A DNA stretch of 64,000 nt. Origin: Tubulanus polymorphus (lineage: Eukaryota; Animalia; Nemertea). Shown here one piece after another: positions 12,404 to 43,089 of this stretch. Each line of letters begins with the position of its first letter. Positions within the stretch are counted from its first letter, which is position 1. The position numbers and the translations under genes were made by a program. The DNA lies in assembly GCF_964204645.1 (NCBI RefSeq), contig NC_134028.1, forward strand, positions 20,766,345-20,830,344. The letters are read 5' to 3'. Under the pieces are notes generated by a model. The model was not told where the DNA came from, did not search any database, and worked only from the letters and a program-made list of their open reading frames with translations.

Positions 12404-13038
12404 GTCCACACACCAAAAGAAATCCTGTTTCTCGGGCGGGGCCAATCGCCAAAAGTGGTAGGTATGGTAGGGATTTGTTTTTCTTTTTTATAGAAAATAA
12501 AATTTTGGGCATACTTCTAAAAATGGGTAGGTCGCCGTAAATACTTTTTACAGCACCAAATATTTTGTTAGAAATATGATTAGCAGCTAGACCGCAGTAA
12601 TAAAATGAGGTTGAGGTGTTTGTGCAATACAAAAATTAAGATTGATTAAAAAACTATATTATTTTTAAACATATTTCAGGGAATTCCTGGAATTTTACAA
12701 TCCAAGGTTGCCATCAATGTCTGATTAGCAAAGTTGTCTGAGCATGATGCACCATTTCCAGAATCAAATTGTTAAATCTGATGTGACAAAACATTTCTAT
12801 GATGTTGATCTAAGTGCCGACATCACGATTTGATTAAAAAGAACAATTATTTACGTGAATGGAGAATAGTTTTGTAGTCGGTCGGCCACAAATATATATT
12901 TTTGAAAAGATTTTTTTCACCCAAAATTTTGAAGAATGGTCGGTAGGCAGTTTTATTTTATTCTGATAGTAATTATTTGAAATGACCAAATATCGGGTCG
13001 GTCGGGCCTGAGAAACAGGGTTTTCTTTTGGTGTGGTC
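12404..13038. mobile_element. Non-autonomous DNA transposon (PIF/Harbinger-like), copy 1
   Basis: TIRs like G(G/T)CCACAC..AAAAGAAA.CCTGTTTCTC.GGC; homologous along its length to 44674-45254 in the opposite orientation. Confidence 0.8.
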
Positions 13039-14460
13039 TAATGCTGACGATTTACATTGAAAATTGTCAGGATGCCTCTTCCTTGCTACTAGCAAAGAAT
13101 AATAAAAACAACTGACGCTGACGTTCGACGCTAAAACGATCCTGATATCTTATTATTTCTCACTCACAAATAAAAACAAATAAGTGTACATAAAATTTAC
13201 AAGCAGTGACTAGTGAAATACTCAATTTAGTAATAGTTTTTTTCTATGAAAAAAAAATTACATTCAATTTTCGATACATCAAACCGGAGGCGTTCACTAA
13301 GTACGTATGCAAAACGGAGCAAAATCAAAAGTTAGATAGCCATTTTACACATACTTTCTTGATACTCCGGCCAGAAACTCTTTTGGAATAGACGTTTTTG
13401 GTGATTTGATCTACTCTCTTAACCAAACATTATTACAAAATCGACCATCCAATTGGACGTGTAGTTCGATTTTCCGATTTCAAAATCCAACCTCTTATTT
13501 CGTTCCCGGTAGGTACGTATGATGGGTTTGTAAGGAACACTTGAAATAAGCATCGAATCAAACTAAATCAGTCAATCAAATAAGTAAGAGATAAGTAGGA
13601 GGGACAATCATCCATATTTGAAGATAGAAAATACACACTGAAACATCAAACAACAGGACCATCGTACATTACTAGCCTATTTTACAGCAACATCATTAGA
13701 AATATACGTAATAAGATGATTTACAGTTTACGTCGTGGACTTTAATGTAAATAGCTACTTAGCTATACGCAGATCACACGCTTTTGACTTGTTTGCTCCT
13801 ACCTAGCTACGGCTTGCATACGTACTTACGTATGCGACATTGGCAAATTTATACGGAATAAATAAATCACTAAATGTTTTTTAATAGACATTCGATTATA
13901 TATCAGAGTAACTTTTGATAACTTTGAATTTTGTTATAAACTATATCTATACACGTGTGCAATAATATATATATTTACAATTCATCTCTAGATTTTCGAA
14001 GCCGTAGATTTTCATCACCATACCACGCACAATTTCATGAACACAAAATCATAAAATAAATCACAAAAGGAATTGAAATCACGTAATTTTTTCAAACGGG
14101 TTTAACATTCAATACTTCCACATGCAGAATACAGTCGAAACTCAGGGTTGAGTCGCACAGTCGTGACTTTAGTCCAAAATGGTCCTATGATAAGAATCGG
14201 GAAAAATCTCTACCTTGATGGTGCGACTGGTCCCTGGGTTCTGATCACAGATGGTAATGTATTCAAAGCAAGATTAAGATATTGATTTGCAGTACTAGTT
14301 CGTGTACACGTGATAACCTAGAGTAACTGCTATACTTTCTTGAATCAAGGTCAAATCCCTGAAATATTCTACATCACTAACTGCGTTCTTAAAGTTTCTT
14401 AAACTTTAAGACCCACTACTAGCGCTCGCTAGACTCAATTATTCAAAGTAGACGCATCCT

Positions 14461-31205
<16,745 letters not shown>

Positions 31206-32320
31206 GTTCGTTTCTCTTCCTCTGATAGTCCAGCGGTTTCTATCGTACCTCGTGTGAGTATGTGAGGGGTACAGGTAGAGTATACGTGATAGTAGAGTTG
31301 TAGGGAGATAGACAGAAATAACAACTATATGAAAGTGACTAATGAGAAACTACATCATTGGTTCTTAACGCTAAGCACAAGAACTACTTAATAAAACCAG
31401 GGCCAGTTACTCAAATCTGGGTAAGCCTAAGCGTCAGATAAGTAAGTCTCATGTGGATAATCCAGTCTCTTAATTGTCGCTATGAAGCCGACTAACTAAA
31501 ACCAATTAAAATTATCATTATTATCATTTTTATTATCATTATCATTATTCTTATTATTATAATTAGTTCTGTTATTATTATTATTAATTACTGTGTTCTT
31601 GCACCCGTATGTACCACGCACTGGGTTGAGTGCCTTAATTCTAAGTACAGCCAGCTGGCTTGATCCTCATAACCATATAGCGCACTTAATATCTGACCAA
31701 ATATTACATTGTATGTATGGATAATAAAAAATGAATATGCTATACTATACAATACTATACTATATTAATTTTTGAGCACCTGCCCCCTTCCTTATTGTAT
31801 AAGATGAAATTTAATTGGCAATCGTTAATCTTAAACTGTGAAAATTGGCTCAAAGGGAGGAGATTTGCTTAGAGTTTTCTTAAGATGGTCATACACAATA
31901 TATCGATTGTATCCAAGTAATCCTGTGAATCGAGAGTCAGCCTGGTCCTTATTTCAAGCCGACTAGAACACTATTTACAAACAACAAATAATCAATTTTG
32001 ATATATTCTTATTTCATTTATTGGAAAATAATGAACTATTACAATTCTAACAGTTTGATGAACGACAAAACAAAATGGTGACGTTAATTTGCATAATTTG
32101 CATAAATATGGCTAATATAAACAGTGCAGTGATATTGTAAGCAAATTTGTAAATAAATAACTCTTTTGAGTCGAGGAAAGACTTGGTGAGGTATATGCGA
32201 ATAGTTCGGGATTATTGACGGATAAATCCAAGATCACAGAGCGAATTATAACTGGGAGTAAATCTAAATCGCAGTTGATACATTATATTTATATAGCATG
32301 TAATATGGATTGTGAGCAGT

Positions 32321-35300
32321 TTAACTGATCATGGTTGAAGTTAAAGGAATGTTATCTTGAATGTCTATAATTGTATCATCCATAACTCCAGCAGCTTTAT
32401 TAGTAGCAGCGTCTACTGCGCCATCTATATTCGCCCTATTAGAAACTGCATCTACTGCGCCGTCTATATTCGCCTCATTCGAAACTGCATCTGCTACGCC
32501 ATCTATATTCGCCTCATTCGTAACTGCATCTTCTGCGCCGCTTACATTGACCTCATTTGTAGTTGCGTCTGCTGTGCCTTCAGTGTTATCTATGAAACTG
32601 GTTTCTTTTGCATCACCACCTGCTGTCTCATTGGTAACCGCATCACTAGCCGTCGGCTGTTCCCCGGATGTTACACCACTCGCATCACCACCATCCGTCA
32701 AGCCAGAAGAAGCAGGTCCGTTTGCTGTAGCGCCCTCAGCGGCAGCGGTACTCCCCCCAGCTGCTGTACCACCCCCTCCCGCCGCAGCGCCACCTACTGC
32801 AGCACTACCCCCAGCTCCTGTACCAGCCCCTCCTGCCGCAGCGCCACCTGCAGCAGCACTCCCCCCGGCAACTGCACCACCCCCTGCCACCGCAGCACCC
32901 CCTGCAGTCAGATAACCAATAACACCAGCCACTACAGCTATAAATACGGCTAATGCTGCAACGGCGCCCCCCAACATAGGAGCTAAAGTGTTAGTCAGAG
33001 TACGGCTTAGTGTCGAGACAGTGAGCGGCTTTTCTGCAAACAAGATGAATCTTTATTGAATCCAATAGCTACGTTGATCGCAATCTATAAAACGGATTCT
33101 AGGAAGTGATTTGTTTGGAGATTTAAAGTTTTATTGGACATACCTTCGCATTTAGGAGGAGTTCCAGACCACGACCCGGTCGATTGACATGTGACAGTAT
33201 CGTTACTAGTGTTTACCAGTTCGTAATAATCGCCACATCGATATTCAACCGTATGTGGAACGTTTTGTGTGTTTATAATAGCTGCGTTAGAATTCTCAAC
33301 GACTGGAGCCGGGCCACAATCAGTAGCTGGAATAGAGAGAATTCAGTTGAAGTTCAGGGAAGCACATCAGGGTGTATTGCATAAAATCCAGCAACGGGAA
33401 GAATTGCTTTTAGCGCTTAACAAAAAAAGCATCATCTTTCAAAAGGAAATGTCATGTCAGGTGTGCTTTAGATCGGAGCCTTCCAGGTAGGGTATGCCAT
33501 ACGTATATCGAAGTGCTGGTGGGTGTGTCATAAATCGGAGCGCTCCAGGAAGAGTGCTGCGTGTGCCTTAGATCGGAGCCTTCCAGACAGGGTACGGGCT
33601 ATTGGAATATCCCAGTCTAGGTCGTCAATATGGCGGCTTTTTAATCGTAGTTACTGTATCTAGAGGGTTTAGAGGGTTAGGGTATTAGGTTTAGAGGGTC
33701 TAAAGGATTAGAGTTAGGGTGAGGTGAGGGGTTAGGTTTAGGTTAGGCACTGGTTAGTTCAGGGTGAGGCGATATATAGTAACAAATTCGGTGTCAGTCG
33801 GCTACCGTTGTGGCCGAGCGGTTAGAACGCTGCGCATCGCAATTAGTCCGCAAAACAATTTTCTGTCGAGCGTGCTCGCGCATGCGCAGAGGAGAAATCG
33901 ACAATATCGACCAACACACGTACGTACGTAGATCGGAGTGCTGGCGGGTGTGTTACAAATCGGAGCGCTCCAGGAGGAGTGCCGGCTGTGCCATAGATCG
34001 GAGCCAGGAAGAGCAATTGATCCCGGAAACATTTTCAATTATATTCTGAGTTATATTCTGAGTTTCTGCGTCGGAAGATGTTTCTTAGAGTGAAACATTT
34101 GTGCGCCTTGCAGTGCGAGCTGGGGTTTATAAACTAGAGACTACATGTTGCCTACTCTATTTGTATTGTGTAGTCATGAATTTAGCAAAAAGATTGCATC
34201 TAAATCATCGAAAGATCTACTCGTTTCAATGCTAATTGTAGCAAAAGGCGACCATTTTCTTTCACGGCAGGTGTGGTGGTTTTGTAAGTGATACACCAAA
34301 ATAAGAACGCGATCAGTTAGATATGATTGACAATTCCCTTTGAATATGAAAAATATCATACGGGTACAAACTCCAGATGGAGGGGTGCTCCAGGTTCCCT
34401 GATCTGTACAGGTTATTTCAACCGCAGCCGCCGTGTTGAATCCTGGTAAACAATTCACTGTAGCTTTTGAATTGTAAGTGGTCGTCGTGAAACTCATCGA
34501 ATACGAGCTCGTATTCACAGGGATACCGCAATCTTTCACTGCAAAAAAACGATATTTTACAGTTCATTTTACATCGATGAAACGTTTTGCTATGCAATAA
34601 ATTTGAAAGAAGATGTAGCACATTTTTGAACGAGCTAAAAGTGGAGTGTACATGAACAGGAATACAGCACAGTTTCATTAAAACGGAGCTGTTTTTCTAA
34701 CACCGGCATCAACTAGTGTCAACCAGGGCCAACTTCGGTTTTCGTAGCTATTCGACTATAGTGGTCGGAACTAATATCCGAACGCACATAGTTCGGACGT
34801 AACGTATTTCACAGTGTCGGCCATCTTGGAATTGGGTCGGAACTACAGCGACCGTGCTCAATCCCATTCGACCATTTCCGGAGCATAGTTCCGACTCACT
34901 GACATTCGGTTTCGTTTAGTTCGACTATAATCGACAACCGAATAACTCCGATAACCGAAGTTCGTCAAGGGGGTTACCTTAAAAGTAATCTCCCGGGTTG
35001 AAGTTTCAAGCAACCTTAAAAACTGGCCTCAGTAGACTACGCGTTTGTCGCTGATCTCACGAGAGCGTTAGATATTCACGAACAGGGGCAGCAAGTAAAA
35101 ATCTGGAGCAATCGGGACGACGATGGGTCGTCATCACGTATGAATCGGAGTTGATTAGCCGGACAATCTGCGCAATCTAGCGAGTGGTGAGCATAAAAAC
35201 GACCTTCTCATTTTCAATTTATCGTGGCAGTTATAACTAATTTTTATTAGCTTTTCTAAACTAGACACGGAATGTTTCTAATAGCGCAGTTATTTTTTTC

Positions 35301-38300
35301 AATTAAAAATCCAATATCATTTAGAAGGAAGCAGATAAACTTAAATCTCATCATTGGAATTATCATTTATATCATTTGACGAGTATTTAATCTATCATGA
35401 TTTACATGTCGATAAGATGATTAATTTCATTGTGTTTTTTATTAATTTTCAATTAGATTCAAGTCGTTATCCTTAGAATTATCATTTATGATATTATTGA
35501 CGATTAATTTAAAATCATTTAGCGAGACGATTAATCAAACTCTTAAACTATGGGAGCGACCTGTGGGACGTATTGATAAAACTAATTTTGAGGTTTATTC
35601 TGTTTTTCGAGGTTTAGCCCGAGTTATTTTCGCTGGAGTTGTTTATTCCGATTAAGCCAACTCGGAATAAAGCTCGAAATAGTAGAATATCCCGTACACT
35701 AGGCGTCGAGAATAGATTACCATGAAAAAGCCCACTATGTACAAAATCTTAAAGAGTAGAAAATTTATCATCAAAGACACGACGATTCACAATCTCTCAT
35801 GGGTCTATATGAATTTGCATTAAAGAGGATTTTAACTTCGAAAAAACCTCGAAAAACTATTTCACAAACATGTGCTCCGGACGCTTCTGTACTTTAAGGT
35901 ATATCTTCGAGGCTTGGTGGTTAGTTCATTTTAACCATACAACTATAAGCGAATGGGAAGGCCGACTCCTCAAAAATCCGCTAGGCACCGCTAGTAATCT
36001 TGTGTTTAGTACAGCGCCTTCATCGGTGCGATAAACAATAGATTTTGTAGACTGGTTGCCGGTCTCTATTCTTAATTTAGCGTTTTTCATTGATTCGTTT
36101 AATTCTTAATACCAAATCTAGAAAAACGGTAATGTTCACTGCTCGCAGTGATTAATATAATTAAAAAATATTTCCGAGAACCTATTGTTTATCGCCACCG
36201 GTGAGGGCGCTGATCAATTTCGAAGATAGCAAAGGCAAATGTATAGTGACGTCACGGAGTTGGCCTTCCCGTTCGCTTATAGTTCAATGTTTTAACTTAC
36301 AGTGACAAACTATCGGATGGTAAGGCAGGCTCCATACCATATTGCCGTCTCTATCTATAGTGCATGTGCGTTTATTTTGGCCTCCTATTTGTTTATAACC
36401 AGTGTTACATCTATAAGTTGCCACGGTTCCGTATTCGTAATTACCATCTCTATGTTTACGTTTTGAACATCTTAGCGTCGCGTGTCTATAATTTCTAAGT
36501 TTTCGTAAACACGTCCTCGCTGGAAAAATATTCTGATATTTATGCACGCCGAAATGGACGCATTTTACTTCATTTTCAAATCGTTAGCTATCGTTGACGC
36601 AATATAAAGGCGTCCATGATTTTCTTATTGATACCGCAATATTTATTCATGAATATTTTCATCAAATCATTAATCGAACGTTAAACGTTTTTTTTTTCGT
36701 TTTGTTGCCTGTTGATTAAATCACGATTTTATTCAAAACATTTGATTTACGTATGATTTTCATAATTTATTAATTGATTAATTTACCATTAATTGATTTA
36801 TCAATTTATTATGGATTAATCACCCAGAAAAATAAGTTCTATTTGACATTAATTATTTTCTCAACGGCGGCCATTTTTTTCTCGAGAAAAGAAAATCACG
36901 AAAAATGGCTTCATTTATATAATGAATATATTCGATATGTTTATCATAAATTGTTTCGTCAACATGTTGCCAATGGGTATTGTTTATCCATTTTACTATG
37001 TCTCCGCATAGGTTTTTGAAGGAGCTGATTATGAAAAAAATGAATTCAAAGAAAAAATCGTCGCTTTCAAACTCACGTCTGCAGTTAGGGAGACTATGTC
37101 CCGGGAGCAACATCCAGGTTCTGTCCGAAGTACAAATCTTGTGGCCATCTCTATTCGGTTGTCCGCTAGTATCCTCAGCGTAGGGTAGACATTCTACTGC
37201 GATCTCAGATAACCATTTATTACCGAAAGATCGCGGTACCTGAACTAACGTGGCTAACGGCGGAGCGCTGGGAGTCGGGCAATCCATATCTAAAAATATT
37301 TACAATTCCTCTAGAACAGATTTCTGTACGCGGGATGCGCTTTTTCATCATTACCAGTTTTGTTAGTGACGAACTTTTTTTTGACGCGCTCGGAAAATTA
37401 GCTGATGAGAAACAGGCAATTTTTCTTGCGTGGCCAAACCAGTTTGATTGTCACTATGTTAGCAGCCCACGGGTTTGCTTTAACCAGTTTTGATTGTCAC
37501 TATGTCAGCCAGCCACGGGTTTACTTTAACCAGTTTTGATTGCCACTGTGTCAGCTATCCACTTGTTAACTTAAACCCACCTTTGCGCGCAACTGGTGCC
37601 TGCTATATGTGTTCTGGACCCATCAGAGGTTGTCAGCAGGGGCGGATCCAGGGACAGTCAAATAAATCAGAAGGGCGTATCTACCGAAAAAGGGCACGTA
37701 AAGTAGTATCCACGCAGACAAAACAAGGGTCTGGAAATTTTGTGATTTCAGTGCATTTTCATGCAATAATTTCTGGACACTTGAGGGACATTTAAGAGAA
37801 AATAAGAAATCTTGCGCTGCGCACTTCCGGTAGGAACGAGTACCCTTTGAACAATATCGTCATTGTATTTTCAAAAGGGCGCGGGAAAATTGCGACAAGA
37901 GCATGTGTGCTCCTTTTGCTCCCATCCGATCCAAAAAGCTAAATTCAACTCAATAGTTAGAATTGTTCATTTTAAAACGTTTTATCCTAGAGTCTGATCT
38001 TAAGGCTGTGAAATCGGATCCAAAACTGTGGAATTGCGTACTGATTAACAATTTTTCCATCTAAATGATGCAATGTTAAGGCAACAGTTTTAGAATGAAC
38101 TTTTGATTTCGGTTTGACGTGTAATAAGATCACTTACTTTGTCTGCGCCAAACCGATGTTGCGCATTCATTTAGTAGATCGTTCTTCTGAATTGAATTAC
38201 CGTTCTCCCATCTGCCCACTTTAATATCATGCGTGCAGCTACACCGCGTATCAGCCGTTCCTCCAACAGCAGGTAAGATAAATTCTAAAAAGAACATAAA

Positions 38301-39496
38301 TTTTTTCAACGCCGTTATAAGCGTAAAAATAATGTATCGACTACGCGTTATTTAAGGGCTTCGGGTGATTGTATCAGGGTTTGTATCAACATATTGCTTT
38401 TGTAATGTACGTCTAATAACGAATTTGACATATATATCTATGATTTTCAACAATGATTATACAAAGTGCTTATTTTTTCATCACTTATAACTGGAACAAA
38501 ACATCATATGTATACTGCACGTATTGGTGCAAATTACTGAGTCATTCAGTGATTCAGTTATTTTCGTCAATACATTGCCAATACTATATAGATCTTCAAT
38601 CATAATAATTCTATACACCGAAGAACAGTTAAACTAGTGTGGGTTCGAGTCCTTTTTTTTATAAATCTTATTTTCTTTTTAAAAAAAACTTACGCGGGCA
38701 TCTACACGACTGTTCACACGATAAACTGCAGGGGCCCGCGGTTGGAGTTGGCGTTAGATCACAGGCGCCTGAGGTTTTCATTCCCGGACAAATCGGACTA
38801 TTGTCTAAACATTCTGAAATTATCGAAACACATGACGAACATTTTTTATAGTTCTTTTGCATTCAATCTCTTTACGTTTATTTTCTATAGGCATCCATGT
38901 CGTTCGTAGAAAATCTCGGGGACGATAGTTTATCAACGATATGAAAAAGAATAGTCTAAAAAATGTAATCGTGATTAATATGTTCACATGCCAAAGTCTG
39001 CAAGATAATGTTTAAATCAAAGCGCCGAACTATCAACTCGACTCACTGTTGATTGACCAAATAAGGCTGGTGCGGACATGAAGACCGGACGTACTTGTAG
39101 GCGTGCGTATTGTGATTCCGCGAAACGGGCTTGTGCTATTTTAGGATTATACATGATTAGCCATGAAACTGAAATACCTGGTGATAATTTTACACTCCTC
39201 AACTAATGATTTGAAATCTATACCCACGTCCATTAAAAGCCCACCAAATCATATTTACATTTACCAAAATAAAATTTTCACAGGATGGTGGAAAATAAAA
39301 TAGCTGGAAACTGCTCGAGAATACACGGCTTTAATGGGTGTCATATAGCCAAACCACAGCAGCAAGAAACCATGCTTACGCCTGGGCTGCTTATGGAAAA
39401 AATTCAACATATTCAACATATATACTCACGTTGACCAGCGGTGTGTTCGAAAACAAATATTACTAAATACATCAACAGAAATTCCAGAAAATCCAT
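32321..39496 (-). CDS. Type I membrane protein: signal peptide, ShK-like module, 4 CCP/sushi domains, TM, Gly/Ala-rich and acidic-repeat tail (about 612 aa)
   Basis: All-phase-1 exons 39430-39496 (signal), 38694-38813 (CLDNSPIC..GAC...CEQSCRC), 38138-38284, 37077-37289, 36301-36519, 34362-34538, 33144-33326 (each C..C..C..W..C sushi) and 32321-33033 (TM GAVAALAVFIAVVAGVIGYL). Confidence 0.88.
32395..32575 (-). repeat. Coding 33-bp (11-aa) tandem repeat DAV(T/S)NEANIDG in the cytoplasmic tail
   Basis: Repeated GCCATCTATATTCGCC on the plus strand. Confidence 0.9.
33440..34025. mobile_element. Repeat element with internal telomere-like tract and AGATCGGAGC subrepeats
   Basis: Degenerate (TTAGGG)-like run at 33660-33770, flanked on both sides by direct repeats GATCGGAG(T/C)GCT...CCAGG. 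Confidence 0.55.
34731..34962. mobile_element. MITE
   Basis: TIRs AACTTCGGTTTTCGTAGCTATTCG / CGAATAACTCCGATAACCGAAGTT with internal GTCGGAACTA inverted motifs. Confidence 0.75.
35941..36284. mobile_element. MITE with 29-bp TIRs
   Basis: AACTATAAGCGAATGGGAAGGCCGACTCC / GGAGTTGGCCTTCCCGTTCGCTTATAGTT (27/29 complementary). Confidence 0.85.
37436..37565. repeat. About 45-bp tandem repeat x3
   Basis: AACCAGTTTTGATTG(T/C)CACT(A/G)TGT.AGC units. Confidence 0.85.
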
Positions 39497-40040
39497 TTTC
39501 CTTCTTCCAGGTTTTCTCGACTTTCCGATATCTGAAATATCTCCCACATCAAGCTGTATACGCCTTCCAGGTTTAGACGAGTCGCTCTGAACTCATTAAG
39601 TGATCAAATGTTTTGAAAAGGCGGAAACAGATAATAACGTCAAATATCATCTGAAACCAGCTGCGTTTAGCTGATGCGTTTCTAATGCGAATATGATTTA
39701 AATCCGTGTCATATATGTGTCTTTAAAATCGCGAGCAAAAGTCTTTAAAAAGCATTTATCGAAATGCTGTATATACGCAGAAGAAATGACATGTGATGTC
39801 TGATTCACGTGTCTTTATACATGCTTAAAAAGGTAACAACTGTTCGAAGAAATTTACAACTAATTAACGCAAATTTCAAACGCCATCAATTCAATGCGTA
39901 AATACTTTTCCTAGAATCAAATCCAAACCGTGATTAGAAATTGTCATGAAACCCACGCACTGGGTGCAGTAAGGCATCTTCCCGTATGATCACAATCTTT
40001 TCAAACTATATCAATCTCAAGCTGGCAATGATCCTGTTCT

Positions 40041-40319
40041 TATGGGGGCTGATTCTGGCCATAGTAAAATATTACGTACGGCTAGAGCAATGATAAAAAA
40101 CATTTTCACATTGGCCCGTTTTTTTTTCTCGCGCGAAAAACCAAAATGTTTTGTTTTCTCGCGTGAGAAAACCAAAAGTTTTTAATTCTTGCGCTAGAAA
40201 ACCAAGCGTTTTGAATTCTCACGCGAGAAAACAAAAAAAACGGGCCAATGTGAAAATAAGTGTGTTTATCTTTGCTCTAACAGAAAATGTTTTTACTGTG
40301 GCCCGAATCAGCCACCATA
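40041..40319. mobile_element. MITE, TATGGTGGCTGAT-TIR family
   Basis: TATGGGGGCTGATTCTGGCCA...TGGCCCGAATCAGCCACCATA flanked by TGTTCT/TGTTCC; a partial relative lies at about 52930-53149. Confidence 0.85.
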
Positions 40320-43089
40320 TGTTCCTCCGTTCAGAGTTAACCATAATTTCATTCATTTGTTTATATTGATTGCATGTATCTGTAATAAAACTGTCATCGT
40401 TTGTAGCGAAAAAAGAATCAATCATGAATTTGCATTTTCCATACTAGCAGGTTCGAATCCCGAATTTTGCTAATGCCCTCATTTGTTTAATTGTTACGTA
40501 TCGTGTGTAACGGTTATATACTATGGATTTACGTTGTATAAAATATATAGGCTGTAATATTCTATGAATTATCAATGAGGGTTTGTGTGTTTGTATATTG
40601 ATCGTATAGGGACCATGCACATTTCACAAAAAATGACATTAGCAATATGTAATCAAGGCTACCACGTTCATGAAACTTGAATACGTATGTGAAGCGCCCC
40701 TCCAGCTTATGACTTTTGAAGTTTGCGTCACACATTTTTCATTAAAAACAAGCGAGGTCAACTGGCGGACTTTTTGTTAATAGCGCAGCAGATAATCTGA
40801 ATGTATTTATACATGACTGATATTCAATAAGGGATTAAATATAGTATAACGGAATGAAGTCTGCGCGTTATTAGAATAAAAACCAGTGTCGGTTATAACG
40901 GTATATACGTACACAACCTTCACAGGTGAGTGTCTTCTATGGTAATCAATCTGATAATCTTGTTTATTCGATTAGCTATTCGATCTTAATTGCAATTTGT
41001 TAACTGTTTGCTTAAAACGATAAGGACCCAGTTCCCAGAATTGAATCTAAAACCTAAAACATCAGGAGGGAGTTTGTGTTAGATTTACGACCCTACCTAA
41101 GCTTATTTTTGGTTTCGTAACGTATATAACGCCTGAACACCAGTCTGAGGTTTGCTGAGGTTCTAAAGCGATTCTGATATCTTAAGACTGGCTCACAGTA
41201 ATAATGCACAGGTGTGACATTTTAAATCTAGATTGATCTGCGAGTACTATGCAACATGGCCCCCGGTGAATAAAGTTTTATCGTCCTATCATTTTACAGC
41301 AGTTTCAAAGATGACAACAACTCAGACATCGTCGATACGTAACGAGAGTCCCGGAGCGACCTCTAAACCGGCCAGTATATGTGGAATAGTCCAATCATTA
41401 CCTAATGACAATTCATTCTTATTACCGGAAGAATGGACGTTACCTCACGAACATATGATGGAGAAACGGGAACCTTACATGGCAAGTATAAAGGGGGGGG
41501 GGGGTATTTGTTTTAAGACGAATTCTAAGTCTTAAAGCAAGAATATCATATAAACCTTAACAGGTTTCTTCATGTTTCTCTCCATCTTGAATTTTTGTAT
41601 TTGTACTACTTTGTACGATTATTATAATTCAAAATGGAAAAATTAAATTATTATTGTTATTACTAAGACTCGGGAGCCGAGTTCCAATCGTTCCAGGAAA
41701 ATGCATCCCACGATAAGTTCATTTCCAATATCGGTTGTTTATTGCTAATTCATGAGCACGACTCTAGTAGACCTAGTCAGTAACCTGACTGTGGTTTAGT
41801 TTCACGATCGGATATTTTCACAAACCACATGTTGGTATAAGCCCATCCCATTATAAAAAGCTTACCACCAACGATTAGGTAACTAACTATAGTAGACCAT
41901 ACTTTCTCGCTTGTAAGGCTCGCGCTATTACTAAGCTGACACCAACCCAGCCCCTGTTCGTTAACTACCTTCTTTGGTATATCATACGATATTCTTTTTG
42001 ATGCAGGTTACCAAGTCTTAAACCTAATGCATCAAACATATAGCTTAGTAAAGTGAAAATTCCTCTTTTCTTAGAATTGGAAGAAAGACGTTCAAAACCA
42101 GATCCTGAATTTAGCCACGCGACTGGTAAGTGTTAATCCTAAAAAGCTGCACAGTTCCATCGATTTCCTCTCATTTGTCACAAAGTCTACTCGAACTCGG
42201 CGTTTCTTTCAGGAATTATCACTACGACAAAATCCACATCCCGAATGCGGACAAAGTCTACTCGATGGAACTCCAGATTGGAACCAGCCTACTCCTAAAC
42301 AGTCGCACGATGACGGAGCGCAGCCACCAGCTACGTGGGGTCATCCAACATATGGACGGGGGACTACGTTCAGTAAAACTGAAATCGATCTACAAGCCTT
42401 TTGAAAACTTTCTAATTCTTAAAAATCTCTTCACTTGTGAAAATTGATTGTTTTATCTACACCATTAACAGTGCAAGAATATTACATATCACATCGAAAA
42501 TTGTTTTAAGATCAGTGAGGTGGAGGTTTCATTTCTGTCAAGGTTACATGATATTACACGTACAACTGTTTGTGATTGAGTTTGGTAAACAACGACTTCC
42601 TGAAAGAGAGTGAAACAGTTATTAAGGAAGTTCGCATGGAAAGAGTTAACCGGTACTGCAATAGACTCATCATATCAAATCCCTACACACAGACAGATAG
42701 CTATATTTGTGAACTACGTTATATTAATTCATACAATTGATATTATCATTGATCCCAGTTTCACAGTTTCTCAGTTGATGTTCGACTATCGAAAATGAAC
42801 TAGTTTAACGGTGGTCAAAACTCGGGTCAGGTCTAACCAGAAACTATAACCCGATCCTAGAGTTTGGATGACCGTAGTCATAATATATATGATTTATAAT
42901 ATACTTCGTGTAGATTGGTAAGAAAGCATGAAGACGTTTTCTGTCATAGTTCATGATACTTTTACTCAACAACTATTACTTGCATTATGGGGACATGATT
43001 ATGGGAAAATATTACTAAGTAATAGGAATGATATTCTCAAAAACCTAGAAACCAATAGCGCCATTTAGTGGACCCTCACCCGCAAAAAG

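Noticed and set aside
32357-32953. Plus-strand Cys-rich and Pro/Ala-rich ORFs
   Set aside because: Antisense shadows of the repetitive last exon of the CCP gene.
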